64,000 bases of DNA, from positions 15,072 through 79,071 of the IMG/VR virus record IMGVR_UViG_3300036781_000230. One strand, 5' to 3'. The first letter of the stretch is position 1. Every line of letters starts with the position of its first letter. The stretch comes from a virus. The position numbers were made by a program, and so were the translations under genes. A model generated the notes under the pieces. That model was not told the DNA's origin and did not search any database. It worked only from the letters and a program-made list of their open reading frames with translations. Positions 20,269 through 30,020 of the stretch are shown here, piece after piece.

Positions 20269-20697
20269 TTAAATGTGACGTGATTCTAATGTAGTTAAAT
20301 TACCAGGCTGGGCGATAATACCTTTGATATCAGGAGCTACATAATCAGGGCCTTTAGGAGTTTTTGTCCCGTATTTCTTGCCCTTTGTAGCTTTTACCGG
20401 AGTCTTAGTCATATTAGACCGATGAACTTCAGTAAAAATTCTATCGATAGGAATACCGTAGGAGATCATAGTACCAACCAACACATAAATAAGATCAGCG
20501 CAGCCATCAGCCATTTCAACAAGATCATTGCGAAGAAATGCTGTGAAGAATTCATTAAACTCTTCCATTATCAAATCTGATCTAAGTTGTTTTACCTCAC
20601 TAGGAACTTCATGATTAGGTTGACTACTTTTCATGTGACCGTACTTTTCGTGAAACTCAAGAACAGCTTTCTCCATGGTTAACTGAGAGACGAGCAT
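20269..20697 (-). CDS. MazG-like all-alpha dNTP pyrophosphohydrolase (candidate dCTPase)
   Basis: LIMEEFNEF, EMADGCADLIYV, EVHRSNMTK, KGPDY motifs. Confidence 0.85.
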   Translation of the reverse strand: MLVSQLTMEKAVLEFHEKYGHMKSSQPNHEVPSEVKQLRSDLIMEEFNEFFTAFLRNDLVEMADGCADLIYVLVGTMISYGIPIDRIFTEVHRSNMTKTPVKATKGKKYGTKTPKGPDYVAPDIKGIIAQPGNLTTLESRHI

Positions 20698-21148
20698 GGA
20701 CTTCCTTTCTATGGTTAATCATCAATTGAACTACTCTATTACTTCCATATCCTACCTGAAGTATGTCTGCGCTATTAAGCCATGGAATTTTAGCTAATGG
20801 ATTATTAGGACGAAGTTGTTCAACATTATCCATAGTAAGAATAGCTGTTTTTCTTATTTCCGGATAATAAATAGCATAAAGAACTAATGTATGTCTACTT
20901 ATCAGTTTACAAACTTCGTATTGTCTTATATCCTTTTTGATAACTTTCCAAGGTTGAATGTAGTGAAAACCTTCAGCTAAAGTATATTCATCTCCTATTT
21001 TAGTCTCTATATATGTAGCTATTCCTGTTAGGAGATGAATGTAGTCTGGGAGACCTAGAGTAGAGCGATCACTTATCTTAAAGATTTTTCCTCCCATTTT
21101 TCTTTCTATGTCACTTGAGAGCGCTCCACCAAAGGTTGCTTCTAGCAT
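20657..21148 (-). CDS. PD-(D/E)XK nuclease (VRR-NUC/resolvase-like)
   Basis: GLPD...YIETK motif. Confidence 0.65.
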   Translation of the reverse strand: MLEATFGGALSSDIERKMGGKIFKISDRSTLGLPDYIHLLTGIATYIETKIGDEYTLAEGFHYIQPWKVIKKDIRQYEVCKLISRHTLVLYAIYYPEIRKTAILTMDNVEQLRPNNPLAKIPWLNSADILQVGYGSNRVVQLMINHRKEVHARLSVNHGESCS

Positions 21149-21162
21149 CTTACCTCCTAGTA

Positions 21163-22164
21163 TTATTTCTTGATGAGTCTTTCAATCATCGTTTTCACGT
21201 GCTCTTTAGAAGATATGTTCTGATCAAGCCATATTTTCTGTCGTTCAACAATATCAAGATATTGCTTTTCAGTTTCGATATCCTCAAATTTACTAGGCTC
21301 ACCTTGAAAAGCAACGCCCATAACTGCGGCATCCTTCGGATCTGAGTATATGATACTCTCAGCCCAAGCAGCGTTAAGATATCGAGTTCTCCACCATCCT
21401 GATCCAGCAGATGGATAGCCAGTAGATAAGACTCCATAGCTATCAGCAAACAATCGAACAGTGTTACTTTCATTAAGAATCTGAGTTCCTACCATTCGTT
21501 TGTTTCCGACGTATAGAACTGGAATCTTAAAATTCTGTTTCTTCACCCATCGAGTGTGATCTGATAGCGCAGCCATTACCCACTGCCTCTTTTTCTCAAA
21601 AGGGGACGGAACTTCTACTGTAGGATACTTCAGCCATCGACTAGGGTCAACCGTAATGAGTTTAGCTGAGTAATTCTCTCTCATGAGAAATTTATGATCT
21701 CCCCAAGGAAACATAGGAGCGAGCATTGGAGCATTATTTCCTTCACTCGCTTCCATCATCATTTCGAGAGATTCTCGAGTTTTTTCGAGTATCTCAGATT
21801 GGTAAGGAAAGTTCTTATAACTTAGATATTTTCCCCAGCGCTCAAGAGCATATTTTACAGAATCTCCGTATCCACAGAAACTCCAATCATCAGCATAAAC
21901 AGCGTGACGACCTCTCATCTGATCCATCGCATAATGAGTCTCTGGTACACGGCCAGAAGTCATCGAACTAAGTGGAGCAACTCCACAAAAAGCAAAGTCA
22001 TAAATCGTTGGAAGTTCTTCTCCAATTTTTACTTTCTTTCGATGTACTACGTGTCCCATAGAGATTAGAATTTCTTCCAGGAGATATGAGAAAGTTATAT
22101 AGTCTCCCTGTACTCGATCACTACCGAACATTCGAGTAGTGTATCCGGTAATTAAAATCCTCAT
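21163..22164 (-). CDS. DNA glycosyltransferase (T4 beta-glucosyltransferase-like, GT-B fold)
   Basis: End-to-end resemblance to T4 BGT from memory (MRILI..., EILISMGHVV, YDF, VYADD, WWRTRYLNA...IIYSD, DIVERQKIWL); lies beside a dCMP-type TS homologue. Confidence 0.65.
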   Translation of the reverse strand: MRILITGYTTRMFGSDRVQGDYITFSYLLEEILISMGHVVHRKKVKIGEELPTIYDFAFCGVAPLSSMTSGRVPETHYAMDQMRGRHAVYADDWSFCGYGDSVKYALERWGKYLSYKNFPYQSEILEKTRESLEMMMEASEGNNAPMLAPMFPWGDHKFLMRENYSAKLITVDPSRWLKYPTVEVPSPFEKKRQWVMAALSDHTRWVKKQNFKIPVLYVGNKRMVGTQILNESNTVRLFADSYGVLSTGYPSAGSGWWRTRYLNAAWAESIIYSDPKDAAVMGVAFQGEPSKFEDIETEKQYLDIVERQKIWLDQNISSKEHVKTMIERLIKK

Positions 22165-22376
22165 GCTTTAGCCTCCACCTTAAGTTCAGGTATATATTTC
22201 TCAATTCTATTGGTGATAACTACTCCACATTCTTCCCATGTGGATCTGTAGTTCTGTTTAGATTTAACTAAAAATTTAACATCTTTCTCAGCTACGCTAA
22301 GACTTCCCAATTTTTCATTAAGATGTCTAGCTACTATTTCTCTTAGTTCTTTTTCGGTTAATTCTACTGTAACCAT
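22161..22376 (-). CDS. Hypothetical protein
   Basis: ATG 22376 just after upstream stop; colinear. Confidence 0.55.
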   Translation of the reverse strand: MVTVELTEKELREIVARHLNEKLGSLSVAEKDVKFLVKSKQNYRSTWEECGVVITNRIEKYIPELKVEAKA

Positions 22377-22378
22377 CA

Positions 22379-22693
22379 CTATTCTCCATCTATATTGACT
22401 TTGATGTTTACCCCATCTAATTTTCCAATAACAGTCAGTGGAGGGGTACACAGTTCCTCGAGAATACTCCTTGATCCACTAACAGTTACTGTACAGCTTT
22501 TAAATCCATGGTCGAGTTGAACTTCCACTTTAATTTCCTGAAATTTAGGTCCTAGTGAATCGTCCAAACATTTCAAATAGAGTTGTCTAAATTCTTCACA
22601 TCCCTTATTAGTAAGAGGAATTCTAGTTGGAGCCCAGTCCAACACATAAATTACTTGCTTCTTGATTTCTTCGGTTATTTCTTCGGTTGTCAT
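22379..22693 (-). CDS. Stand-alone tail sheath C-terminal-domain homologue
   Basis: RIPLTNKG and PPLTVIGKLDGVNIKVNIDG match sheath KIPQTDAG and PPIYVALIEAGAVHFVTIEV; ATGA overlap with polymerase stop. Confidence 0.6.
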   Translation of the reverse strand: MTTEEITEEIKKQVIYVLDWAPTRIPLTNKGCEEFRQLYLKCLDDSLGPKFQEIKVEVQLDHGFKSCTVTVSGSRSILEELCTPPLTVIGKLDGVNIKVNIDGE

Positions 22694-24591
22694 TCTGTAC
22701 AAGCCCTCCAGTTTGGTCCAGTTTCTACATCCCAAAGTAATGGCACGCGACACGGGATACGGCTATCAGGAGCTTCGAGAAGTTCTTTAAAGTTCTTCTT
22801 ATGTTTCGGATCCTTATCTATATCACCATCAAGTTCATCATGCACCGTGGCCCGTAAATCAATAGTGAGAAATTTACGATTGTTATAAGTTTCTAAGAGT
22901 TTAACTTTAAGAGTTTCAGCAGCCGTGCCCTGAATGATTTTATTAAGAGCTGAGTGTAGACGTTCTCCAGTAGGAAATCTACCTCTTCTCTTCATGATAG
23001 TTTTGACATAACCGCGATTTTTAGCTATTTTCATAGCTTCTCTAGTAAGAGCTTGAGCTTCAGGAAATTTAGTGTCATACTCTTTACTAATTGCAAACGC
23101 TTTGTGGATTCTGCAATCCATGTGGTGACTAGCTTTATTCCACTGATCTTTAGGATCGCACCCGCACTGACAACTTAAGCCGAGTTTTCTAGCCAACTTC
23201 GGAACGCCCATCGTATAGAGTTTTCCGAAATTATTATGTTTGGCGTCCTTTCGCTTTTGACCCAACATGTTTGCGACGAGTTGATGAAAATCCATCGTTG
23301 GGTCGGCATTATATTCTTTGATAAGTCGCTCTGACTTAGAATAATGAGCGAACCACCTGAACTCGATTTGACTAGCATCTGCAGAGACATATATCTTTCC
23401 TTGTACTGGAATCATGAGTTCTCGAACAATCCAATCTCGAATGAACTCTTCTTCTAGTTGACTCTCTACTTTCATTACTTGCTGAATATTGCATCCACCA
23501 CTCGAAGGTGCAGCTGACGCGTATCTTCCAGTTACAGTTCCAAAATCGTCATTCCTTAACTGATGAAGACTGTACCTCAAGATATTATCGCGGTCAAGAT
23601 TTTTCAGATACTTCTTCAAATACTTCGTATTTAGAGAATGGAGTTTTCTAGCGGCAATAACTAGTCGTATGCAAGGGTGCTCAACTCTTGAAAGATATTC
23701 TTCCTCAAATGTTTCTCCTCCACCTAGCTCTTCTTCTCTTTTAGGAATAGGAATACTATAGAAGTTAAACAACTTTCGAAGATCATTTCCAGAATTTGGA
23801 TTGATTTTCAACCCTGTAGTTCGGTGAAGTTCGAGAATGGCTGCTTGATGAGCTAGTTCAACTTCATGAACCCAGCGTTCAAGCTTAGGTCTATCAATGA
23901 GAGCTCCTGCTCTCTCCATAGCGCAGGTAGCATAGATGAGATCATCTTCCAGATTACATACATCTGTCAAATCTTGCTCGTCTATAAGTTTTTGTTCTAC
24001 TAAGTCTAGTTGAAGATGAAGGTAAGCATCGTATTCCGCGTACTCTCCAACTTCACTAGCGGCCATGTCTGCGATATTGCTTTTATCAGAATCGTGAGGA
24101 GATAACTCTGCTTTCTGTTCTCCCAGAAATTCAGTAGCTAGAATATTGAGATTAAATCTTCGACGATGCTCATCAAGTAAAGCCGCTTTGAAAGCCGGGT
24201 CATGAACCTTAGCTCCTATTTCTTCTAAATCTAATCCCCATGTTTTAGTTACATGAACATCAGCTTTTGCGTTAATGATACTTAGATGACGACCTTTAAG
24301 TTCTTTCTTAGCCCATCGTCTTACAGAATTCTCATCTATATTCCCGCCTCCCCGATGTCCATGAGGAAGATAATACTTCTTAAAATCTGGAGTACAAAGA
24401 GCTATTCCTACTTGCTGAGCAGTGAGAATGTTCTTGTCACTAAACGTAAACTCAGTATCGAAACCGAAATGTAGATCGAGAGGATACGCCGAAAGGTCAG
24501 GCAACTCTTGAGGAGCTGTCCAACCTGACGGAGCATGGTGCCCAGAGAACAAATTTCCTACCATACCTGGTTTAGGAAGGATTTTCGGCAT
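22690..24591 (-). CDS. polA: DNA polymerase family A with 3'-5' exonuclease domain
   Basis: FDTE, YAEYDA, TGR, DASQIEFR, RKDAKHNNFGKLY, VHDE motifs. Confidence 0.95.
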   Translation of the reverse strand: MPKILPKPGMVGNLFSGHHAPSGWTAPQELPDLSAYPLDLHFGFDTEFTFSDKNILTAQQVGIALCTPDFKKYYLPHGHRGGGNIDENSVRRWAKKELKGRHLSIINAKADVHVTKTWGLDLEEIGAKVHDPAFKAALLDEHRRRFNLNILATEFLGEQKAELSPHDSDKSNIADMAASEVGEYAEYDAYLHLQLDLVEQKLIDEQDLTDVCNLEDDLIYATCAMERAGALIDRPKLERWVHEVELAHQAAILELHRTTGLKINPNSGNDLRKLFNFYSIPIPKREEELGGGETFEEEYLSRVEHPCIRLVIAARKLHSLNTKYLKKYLKNLDRDNILRYSLHQLRNDDFGTVTGRYASAAPSSGGCNIQQVMKVESQLEEEFIRDWIVRELMIPVQGKIYVSADASQIEFRWFAHYSKSERLIKEYNADPTMDFHQLVANMLGQKRKDAKHNNFGKLYTMGVPKLARKLGLSCQCGCDPKDQWNKASHHMDCRIHKAFAISKEYDTKFPEAQALTREAMKIAKNRGYVKTIMKRRGRFPTGERLHSALNKIIQGTAAETLKVKLLETYNNRKFLTIDLRATVHDELDGDIDKDPKHKKNFKELLEAPDSRIPCRVPLLWDVETGPNWRACTE

Positions 24592-25042
24592 TCCACTCCT
24601 TCCCAGCTATTTCAATGTAGCAACCTCTTTCAGCCAACACAAGAAGTCCTTTCTTATCTGCGTAATCTTCAGCACAGATAATTACCTCAATTCCTGTATT
24701 AGCTAGCATTTTAGCACATACAAAACAAGGAACACAGCTACAATAGATAGTATGAGCCCTGTTAAGATCATTACACTGAAGAAGAGCGTTTTGTTCAGCG
24801 TGGACTGCCATACATGATGATGTATCCCCTGGCATATCAGAAGCACCCAAACAAGGAACATCGATACAGTGGTCAAAATCCTTTGGTACACCGTTATACC
24901 CTGTGCTAAGTACATGACCTTCCTTATCCGTTATAATTGCTCCTACTGCTCTTCTAATACAAGTACTACGAGCTGCTACTAGCTGTAACATTGCAAGATA
25001 GTACTCATGCCGTTGTAAACGATCTGGTCGAATTGAGTCCAC
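24572..25042 (-). CDS. dCMP deaminase
   Basis: RSTC, STGYNG, HAEQNA, PCFVC motifs. Confidence 0.92.
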   Translation of the reverse strand: MDSIRPDRLQRHEYYLAMLQLVAARSTCIRRAVGAIITDKEGHVLSTGYNGVPKDFDHCIDVPCLGASDMPGDTSSCMAVHAEQNALLQCNDLNRAHTIYCSCVPCFVCAKMLANTGIEVIICAEDYADKKGLLVLAERGCYIEIAGKEWNAENPS

Positions 25043-25883
25043 GTAACACCTCCAAACAACTTTTCTTATTACTAGTTAGTGATTGAGTGTATTCTTTCCA
25101 AGGACTATCAAAGACTTCTAGGTCAGACGGATGAACTCTTCTACTTAGAATTCTTTTAATTTCTTCCTGAGTTGGTTCCATTATATCTGGAGTAAATTGA
25201 GGAGAACGAATATTCTCTACATTACTCTGAACTGAAGCTTCAGTTCCAATCATCCAATTAGTTGAATAGATATGACTAGAAGCAAGATTCATAGTCACTG
25301 AACCAACCTCTATCCCAAGTCTAGAAGATATGAGATTAGTTAACTGACTAAAAGTAAAGAAATCATATGGAAGTCCCAACCAAACATCTGAACTTCTCAT
25401 ATTTGCAGTACAGTGAAGTTTACTTCCACGAACCATCCACTGCAGAGAAATAGTACAAGGGATATCTTTTGAATCAGATGGATTGGGAGTCCAAATAGTT
25501 GCTACAGCTTGACGTGAATCAGGTTTTCTCAACGTCTCGAGTAGATAAGGAAGTTGAGGCATAAGCCGTGGACCATATGCGCCTGATAGTATTTGATCAT
25601 CATCACTAAATTTACGCATAACTGAATTGTAAATAGCTAGACTCTCAACATCATTGAGCCCAGCTTGAATCCACAACCACTCAGCAATCATAAATCTATA
25701 GTTAAGGTCTCTGGTCTTACTTACCATGATGTTATTGAGGCCGTCTTCAATCTCGAGTGTTACATTGAGAATTTCTTTAGTTCTTAATCCTCTGGGTTGA
25801 TATTCTTTTCCATCTCCTAATAGTGTTCCAAGTAACTGGAGCCACCCGAACGCAATACTTCTTTGACGAATATGAAGAGCCAT
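25005..25883 (-). CDS. Thymidylate synthase homologue, probable dCMP hydroxymethylase
   Basis: AYGPR, SRQA, DIPC, MRSSD, GLPYD (Asp at the nucleotide-specificity position), HIY. Confidence 0.8.
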   Translation of the reverse strand: MALHIRQRSIAFGWLQLLGTLLGDGKEYQPRGLRTKEILNVTLEIEDGLNNIMVSKTRDLNYRFMIAEWLWIQAGLNDVESLAIYNSVMRKFSDDDQILSGAYGPRLMPQLPYLLETLRKPDSRQAVATIWTPNPSDSKDIPCTISLQWMVRGSKLHCTANMRSSDVWLGLPYDFFTFSQLTNLISSRLGIEVGSVTMNLASSHIYSTNWMIGTEASVQSNVENIRSPQFTPDIMEPTQEEIKRILSRRVHPSDLEVFDSPWKEYTQSLTSNKKSCLEVLRGLNSTRSFTTA

Positions 25884-25895
25884 TACCCTGTCTTT

Positions 25896-26849
25896 CTATT
25901 TTTTCATGGAGTCGAGGATGAGGTCAGACATAACTCGAGGATTATGCCCCTTAAATCTCTTAAGGAAAGACGGGTGAGGTAATCGATCTACTTTAAAAGG
26001 TAAGTCAGTATTTCCATCAGTCTGTTTCCAGAACCATTCTTTTGCTTTATTACCTAGAAGAAAAATTCTTTTCAGATGTGGAAGGTTACACAGAATAGGT
26101 CCTAGAGAATGTTGTTCCCCAGTAACTGAATAAGCATTAGACAAGGCCAACTGGGACTCTTTGATGCCAGCGAATTCAATAGCTTTGTTAAGGTATCCGC
26201 TAGAACCGTTTAGAGCAAAAAATGGTATATCAATAGAATCGTGATTTGGTTGGTCACCTATAAAAAGATACTCAGCCCAGTGAGTGCCAATAGTTCCATT
26301 CGGTAAGACTACTCTCTCGGTGGATAGAGATTCTCTGTGAATTCTCTCAGGAGCATCTTTGGTATAGTCATACATCATGCCCATATTTCCAAAATGATAC
26401 ATCCACTCAGCATATTTCATGAAAACTTTTTCCCACATAACCATTGGGCTTAAGGTTTGATTCTTAACTCCCTTAAGGTAGTCATCTTTTTCTTTTAGTT
26501 TTTCTTTATAGTTTTGTCTAGCAATATCTATATTAGGCATAACTATATACATGTTAATGTATTTTGATCGATGAAGTCTATAGAATAGATTTTGACCTTC
26601 TATTCCTAGATTGTCTTTTCCTCTGGCTATAGGGCCATATATTCTTTCTCCGAGCCATAACCGGTCGTGAACTACAGGTTTTGGAGATCTTAAAGAGTCA
26701 TCAATAATTTTCAAGTAGTGAGCTACTTGATCTACCCCAGGTGAAGGTGGACCTTCATGACGATAGTCAAAGCCCATGTCCACGAGCTTTTTAGCTATTG
26801 TAGTTTTTCCTCCACCATCCGGTCCTTCAAGAATCACAATTCTACCCAC
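25896..26849 (-). CDS. dNMP kinase fused to uracil-DNA-glycosylase-like domain
   Basis: EGPDGGGKT P-loop and HDR; C-terminal FIGDQPN, SGYL, LLGNKA, LPHPS. Confidence 0.75.
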   Translation of the reverse strand: MGRIVILEGPDGGGKTTIAKKLVDMGFDYRHEGPPSPGVDQVAHYLKIIDDSLRSPKPVVHDRLWLGERIYGPIARGKDNLGIEGQNLFYRLHRSKYINMYIVMPNIDIARQNYKEKLKEKDDYLKGVKNQTLSPMVMWEKVFMKYAEWMYHFGNMGMMYDYTKDAPERIHRESLSTERVVLPNGTIGTHWAEYLFIGDQPNHDSIDIPFFALNGSSGYLNKAIEFAGIKESQLALSNAYSVTGEQHSLGPILCNLPHLKRIFLLGNKAKEWFWKQTDGNTDLPFKVDRLPHPSFLKRFKGHNPRVMSDLILDSMKK

Positions 26850-26875
26850 GTCTGTTGCCTCAATCTTTCAGTTGT

Positions 26876-27271
26876 TTACTTTTTTTCTGGGATGGCTAAT
26901 AAGAATTGCTTCCCGCAACATTCGCACCCTACGTGAAAATGAGGCACCATAACTCCAGCACAAGTTACTGGGTGTTTGTGCTTATCTCTAAATAGTCCGA
27001 TGTGCTCTATTTCAGCTGGTTGATTTCCTCCACAGTAGGCAGACTCAAACTTACCGGTCTTTTCTCTACTATAAAAATCGTCAAGAGCGAGACACGTGGG
27101 ACACTCTAGATTAGCAATTCTATGATTGACCCTACGAGTTTCATCGGGACCAATAACAGTTCCGTTAACTGTAAAGTTTTCGATAGAAGGGAAAGGGTGA
27201 ATCTTGATGGAGGGAATGATTGAATCTAAGTTGTAGTCTTTCGTCATCGTTATTCCTCGTGTAATTCTCAC
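26876..27271 (-). CDS. Cys/His-rich hypothetical protein
   Basis: CPTC and HFHVGCECCG motifs; start uncertain. Confidence 0.55.
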   Translation of the reverse strand: MRITRGITMTKDYNLDSIIPSIKIHPFPSIENFTVNGTVIGPDETRRVNHRIANLECPTCLALDDFYSREKTGKFESAYCGGNQPAEIEHIGLFRDKHKHPVTCAGVMVPHFHVGCECCGKQFLLAIPEKK

Positions 27272-27305
27272 ACCAGAGGTTATACTGAGTTAATAAGCTG
27301 ATATA

Positions 27306-27333
27306 GGTAGTCTCCTCGATTAAAGAGACTACC
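27306..27333 (-). terminator. Hairpin downstream of wHTH gene
   Basis: GGTAGTCTC/GAGACTACC 9-bp stem. Confidence 0.5.
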
Positions 27334-27370
27334 TGTACCAGATGAATCACACAAACTGCTTAATTAAGAA

Positions 27371-27769
27371 TTAAGCAGCAGCCTTGTCTTCAGTTCCAGC
27401 AACTTCAGCAGCAGGGGCGGCTGGCGTAATCTGCTCGACTTCCTTGTCAGCCACGAGACCCTTGAGGTGATAGGTCGCGGAAGCAACCACAGGCGTCTTG
27501 GAGACCAGACCTTCGCACTTGGCAGCGATCTGCTCAGCAGTAAAGCTTCCATCGCCCAGACTCTGAAGAGCCTTCACGACGATCTGACGCTGTCCACGGA
27601 ACTTCGCAGCATCAACTCCCGCAAGGATGCGGTACTGAACATTCGCAGGAGTACGGGGCGTACGCTCTTTCTTCTGAGCTCCATCAACTGCGGTCTCAGC
27701 CTTGTCTCCCTGCTTGGTTTTACCCTTCTTTGGCTCTTCAGCAACAACCTTCTCAGTAGCTTCCTTCAT
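27371..27769 (-). CDS. Winged-helix DNA-binding protein with Lys/Ala-rich tails
   Basis: AGGAG RBS at ATG 27769; KFRGQRQIV...TAEQIA...YHLKGL; paralogue of 50886-51269. Confidence 0.7.
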   Translation of the reverse strand: MKEATEKVVAEEPKKGKTKQGDKAETAVDGAQKKERTPRTPANVQYRILAGVDAAKFRGQRQIVVKALQSLGDGSFTAEQIAAKCEGLVSKTPVVASATYHLKGLVADKEVEQITPAAPAAEVAGTEDKAAA

Positions 27770-27788
27770 GGTATTTCTCCTTTCGCTC

Positions 27789-28406
27789 TTAGGCGATAAT
27801 CTCAAGGATTCCTTGAGATGTAAGTTTATTGACAAAGTAGGTCACCACCCTACCAAGATCAGATTTAGTTTCCAGCTTTCCTTTTACGCGTGAGGTGAGT
27901 TGGTAAATAGAAGCTGGGCCATGCTCTTTAAAATCTCTAAGCAAAGCTAACTGCCTGCCATTGAACATTGTTATATCTACATTTGCTTTAAGAGCATATT
28001 CTCTGTTAGCCTTATCAGATAGACGAGATATAGATTCTCCATACTCATTTACTGACAAACTACCAATGAACTGCATGGCTTCTTCTATGGTAATTTCTTC
28101 CATATCAGCCAAGGCCCTTGCCACAGTGTTGACAGGGAAAGGGCGATTATTTTCTAAGAAGAAAGCAATTCTCTTCTTAAAAGAGTCCATGAATCTAGAG
28201 GCTGAGAACGTAACTCCTGTAGTATTCATGGGCCAGATTGATTTTCCAGAATTTCTGGCGAAATCATACTCACTAACTATTAGTTCAGTTAGAGTAATCG
28301 GATGAAGAAGATGAGCTTTACGATCTTTCTCATCGAGTACAATCCATACACCGTAACCGGTGATTGGAGATTTCTCGTGATAGGTGGTAAACTCTCTGAT
28401 TTCCAC
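27789..28406 (-). CDS. Protein with C-terminal winged-helix domain
   Basis: GTG 28406 with AAAGGA RBS downstream of promoter; FNGRQ...SIYQL...YFVNKL..QGILE. Confidence 0.6.
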   Translation of the reverse strand: MEIREFTTYHEKSPITGYGVWIVLDEKDRKAHLLHPITLTELIVSEYDFARNSGKSIWPMNTTGVTFSASRFMDSFKKRIAFFLENNRPFPVNTVARALADMEEITIEEAMQFIGSLSVNEYGESISRLSDKANREYALKANVDITMFNGRQLALLRDFKEHGPASIYQLTSRVKGKLETKSDLGRVVTYFVNKLTSQGILEIIA

Positions 28407-28440
28407 TTCAGTAATCCTTTCAGTATCAATCAATCTATTA

Positions 28441-28486
28441 ATACTATAATATGTGATACCGCTAGTTGTACACAAAATAATGAGCG
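28441..28486 (-). promoter_or_regulatory. Early promoter (conserved family)
   Basis: GCTCATTATTTTGTGTACAACT...TATAGT on - strand. Confidence 0.7.
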
Positions 28487-28526
28487 AGTTTTCATTTATT
28501 TTTGCTAGTCACTATTGCACAAAATT

Positions 28527-30008
28527 TTATACTCGATAAGAATATGTCCCATCCGGAAGAAGAAACATTAGCCTCTCTTTAGCTCTAGTGACTCCAACAT
28601 ACCACACTCTATGCTCATCGTCAGGATTAGCTAGAAGACTATCATATACCGCTCTACTAATCTCAGTATCAATAATAACTGTTTGGGCTTCTCTACCTTT
28701 GGACTGATGTATAGACAGTAATTCAGTATTTGGTCTAGCTGTATTAAGAAACCCTACTCTCCTAGCGCACGACTCTAAGTAATCTTTTCCTGGAAGATTG
28801 TGCATTATTCGTGTCCACTCGTGCCACTCTGGACGATTGATAAAAACATCCTCTAACTTAAATGTTTTTTGAGAGGTTATGCGTTTCTTGATATTCAGGT
28901 GAAGAAATCCAGGATCACAGTACTTTACTACTTTACGAGCAGCTGCTTGAGGAATTTCTTTATTCTTGATTAATTTATACCAAGACAGTAAAGCAGTTCG
29001 TACTCCAGCATCATATAAAGGGCTTCCGTGTCCTATGAACGGAACACTTTCTTCTTTAAGTTGACGAGCTAATTCTTGTCCTCGATAGTGATTTCTAAAA
29101 AGTACAAAAGTTTTATCTTTAAACTCATGAGTTCGAAGATATCCGATATCAGCTACTTCTCCATCAGACTCAGTGGGAGCATACTCTTTCGTCAGCCGTG
29201 TCCCTATCCTACTTACCACTTTCATCGCGGCCTTATGTACAGCTTTTGATACTCGGTAAGATTGATCTAGAGTCTCAATCATATCTACCTTTAAGTCTTG
29301 AAATGCTGTAGCATCAGCACCAGCCCAATGAAAAATAGCTTGATCATCATCTCCAGCTATAAACCATCTCTGAGCATTAGCTCCAAGCTTACTAACTACT
29401 TCCCACTGTAAACTGGATAAATCCTGAGCTTCATCTACAAATATAGTGTCGATGTCGAGTGGTTTGCCGTGATCTAGATACTGAGTAAGGAGGTCTGTGT
29501 AATCCAACATCCCTTCCATGTTCTTCCAGTTACGGTATGCTTTCGTGAACCAAACCGCGTATTTGAAGTCAACGTCAAGACTAATTTCTTGTAAAGCTTC
29601 TTTAAGTAAAATACCTCGGTGTCTTCCACAGTGGTTTGCTTGGAGCAGAAAATCATCTCTTGTTGGGGGATCGAAAGTTCGTTCAAATTCTTCAACCCAT
29701 GGGTCTGTAGTATTTCCATTAAGCTTAACTCCAAGAAATTTTCCGAATGTTCTGAGGTCATGAGGCTTAACAATTTGGTCCTGAGTAATTCCGAGCTGAC
29801 GATAACAAATAGCATGAATAGTCCTCAAGTAAGGGAAGTCTGCTTCAATACGTCCTGTTCTTTGTAGAGCTTCTTCTCTAGCAGCTCTAGTGAATGTTAA
29901 GAAAGCCACGCGATCAGGTCGTGTTCCAAGAGTTAGTTCCTCTTCGAGAAGTTCCATCAATCTGGTCGTCTTGCCTGTACCTGGAGGGCCGAGTAACTTT
30001 AACTTCAT
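28527..30008 (-). CDS. UvrD/Rep-like SF1 helicase
   Basis: GPPGTGKT, DEAQD, GDDDQAI, SYR, IHQSKGRE, YVGVTRA motifs. Confidence 0.92.
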   Translation of the reverse strand: MKLKLLGPPGTGKTTRLMELLEEELTLGTRPDRVAFLTFTRAAREEALQRTGRIEADFPYLRTIHAICYRQLGITQDQIVKPHDLRTFGKFLGVKLNGNTTDPWVEEFERTFDPPTRDDFLLQANHCGRHRGILLKEALQEISLDVDFKYAVWFTKAYRNWKNMEGMLDYTDLLTQYLDHGKPLDIDTIFVDEAQDLSSLQWEVVSKLGANAQRWFIAGDDDQAIFHWAGADATAFQDLKVDMIETLDQSYRVSKAVHKAAMKVVSRIGTRLTKEYAPTESDGEVADIGYLRTHEFKDKTFVLFRNHYRGQELARQLKEESVPFIGHGSPLYDAGVRTALLSWYKLIKNKEIPQAAARKVVKYCDPGFLHLNIKKRITSQKTFKLEDVFINRPEWHEWTRIMHNLPGKDYLESCARRVGFLNTARPNTELLSIHQSKGREAQTVIIDTEISRAVYDSLLANPDDEHRVWYVGVTRAKERLMFLLPDGTYSYRV

Positions 30009-30020
30009 GTCTTGCTCTTT

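Noticed and set aside
25005-25883. Canonical ThyA
   Set aside because: Asp at the specificity position, and a separate ThyX already supplies dTMP.
27371-27769. Z-alpha (Z-DNA-binding) domain
   Set aside because: Helix 1-2 resemble Z-alpha but the diagnostic Asn in helix 3 and the Pro-Pro-x-Trp wing are absent; treated as a generic wHTH.
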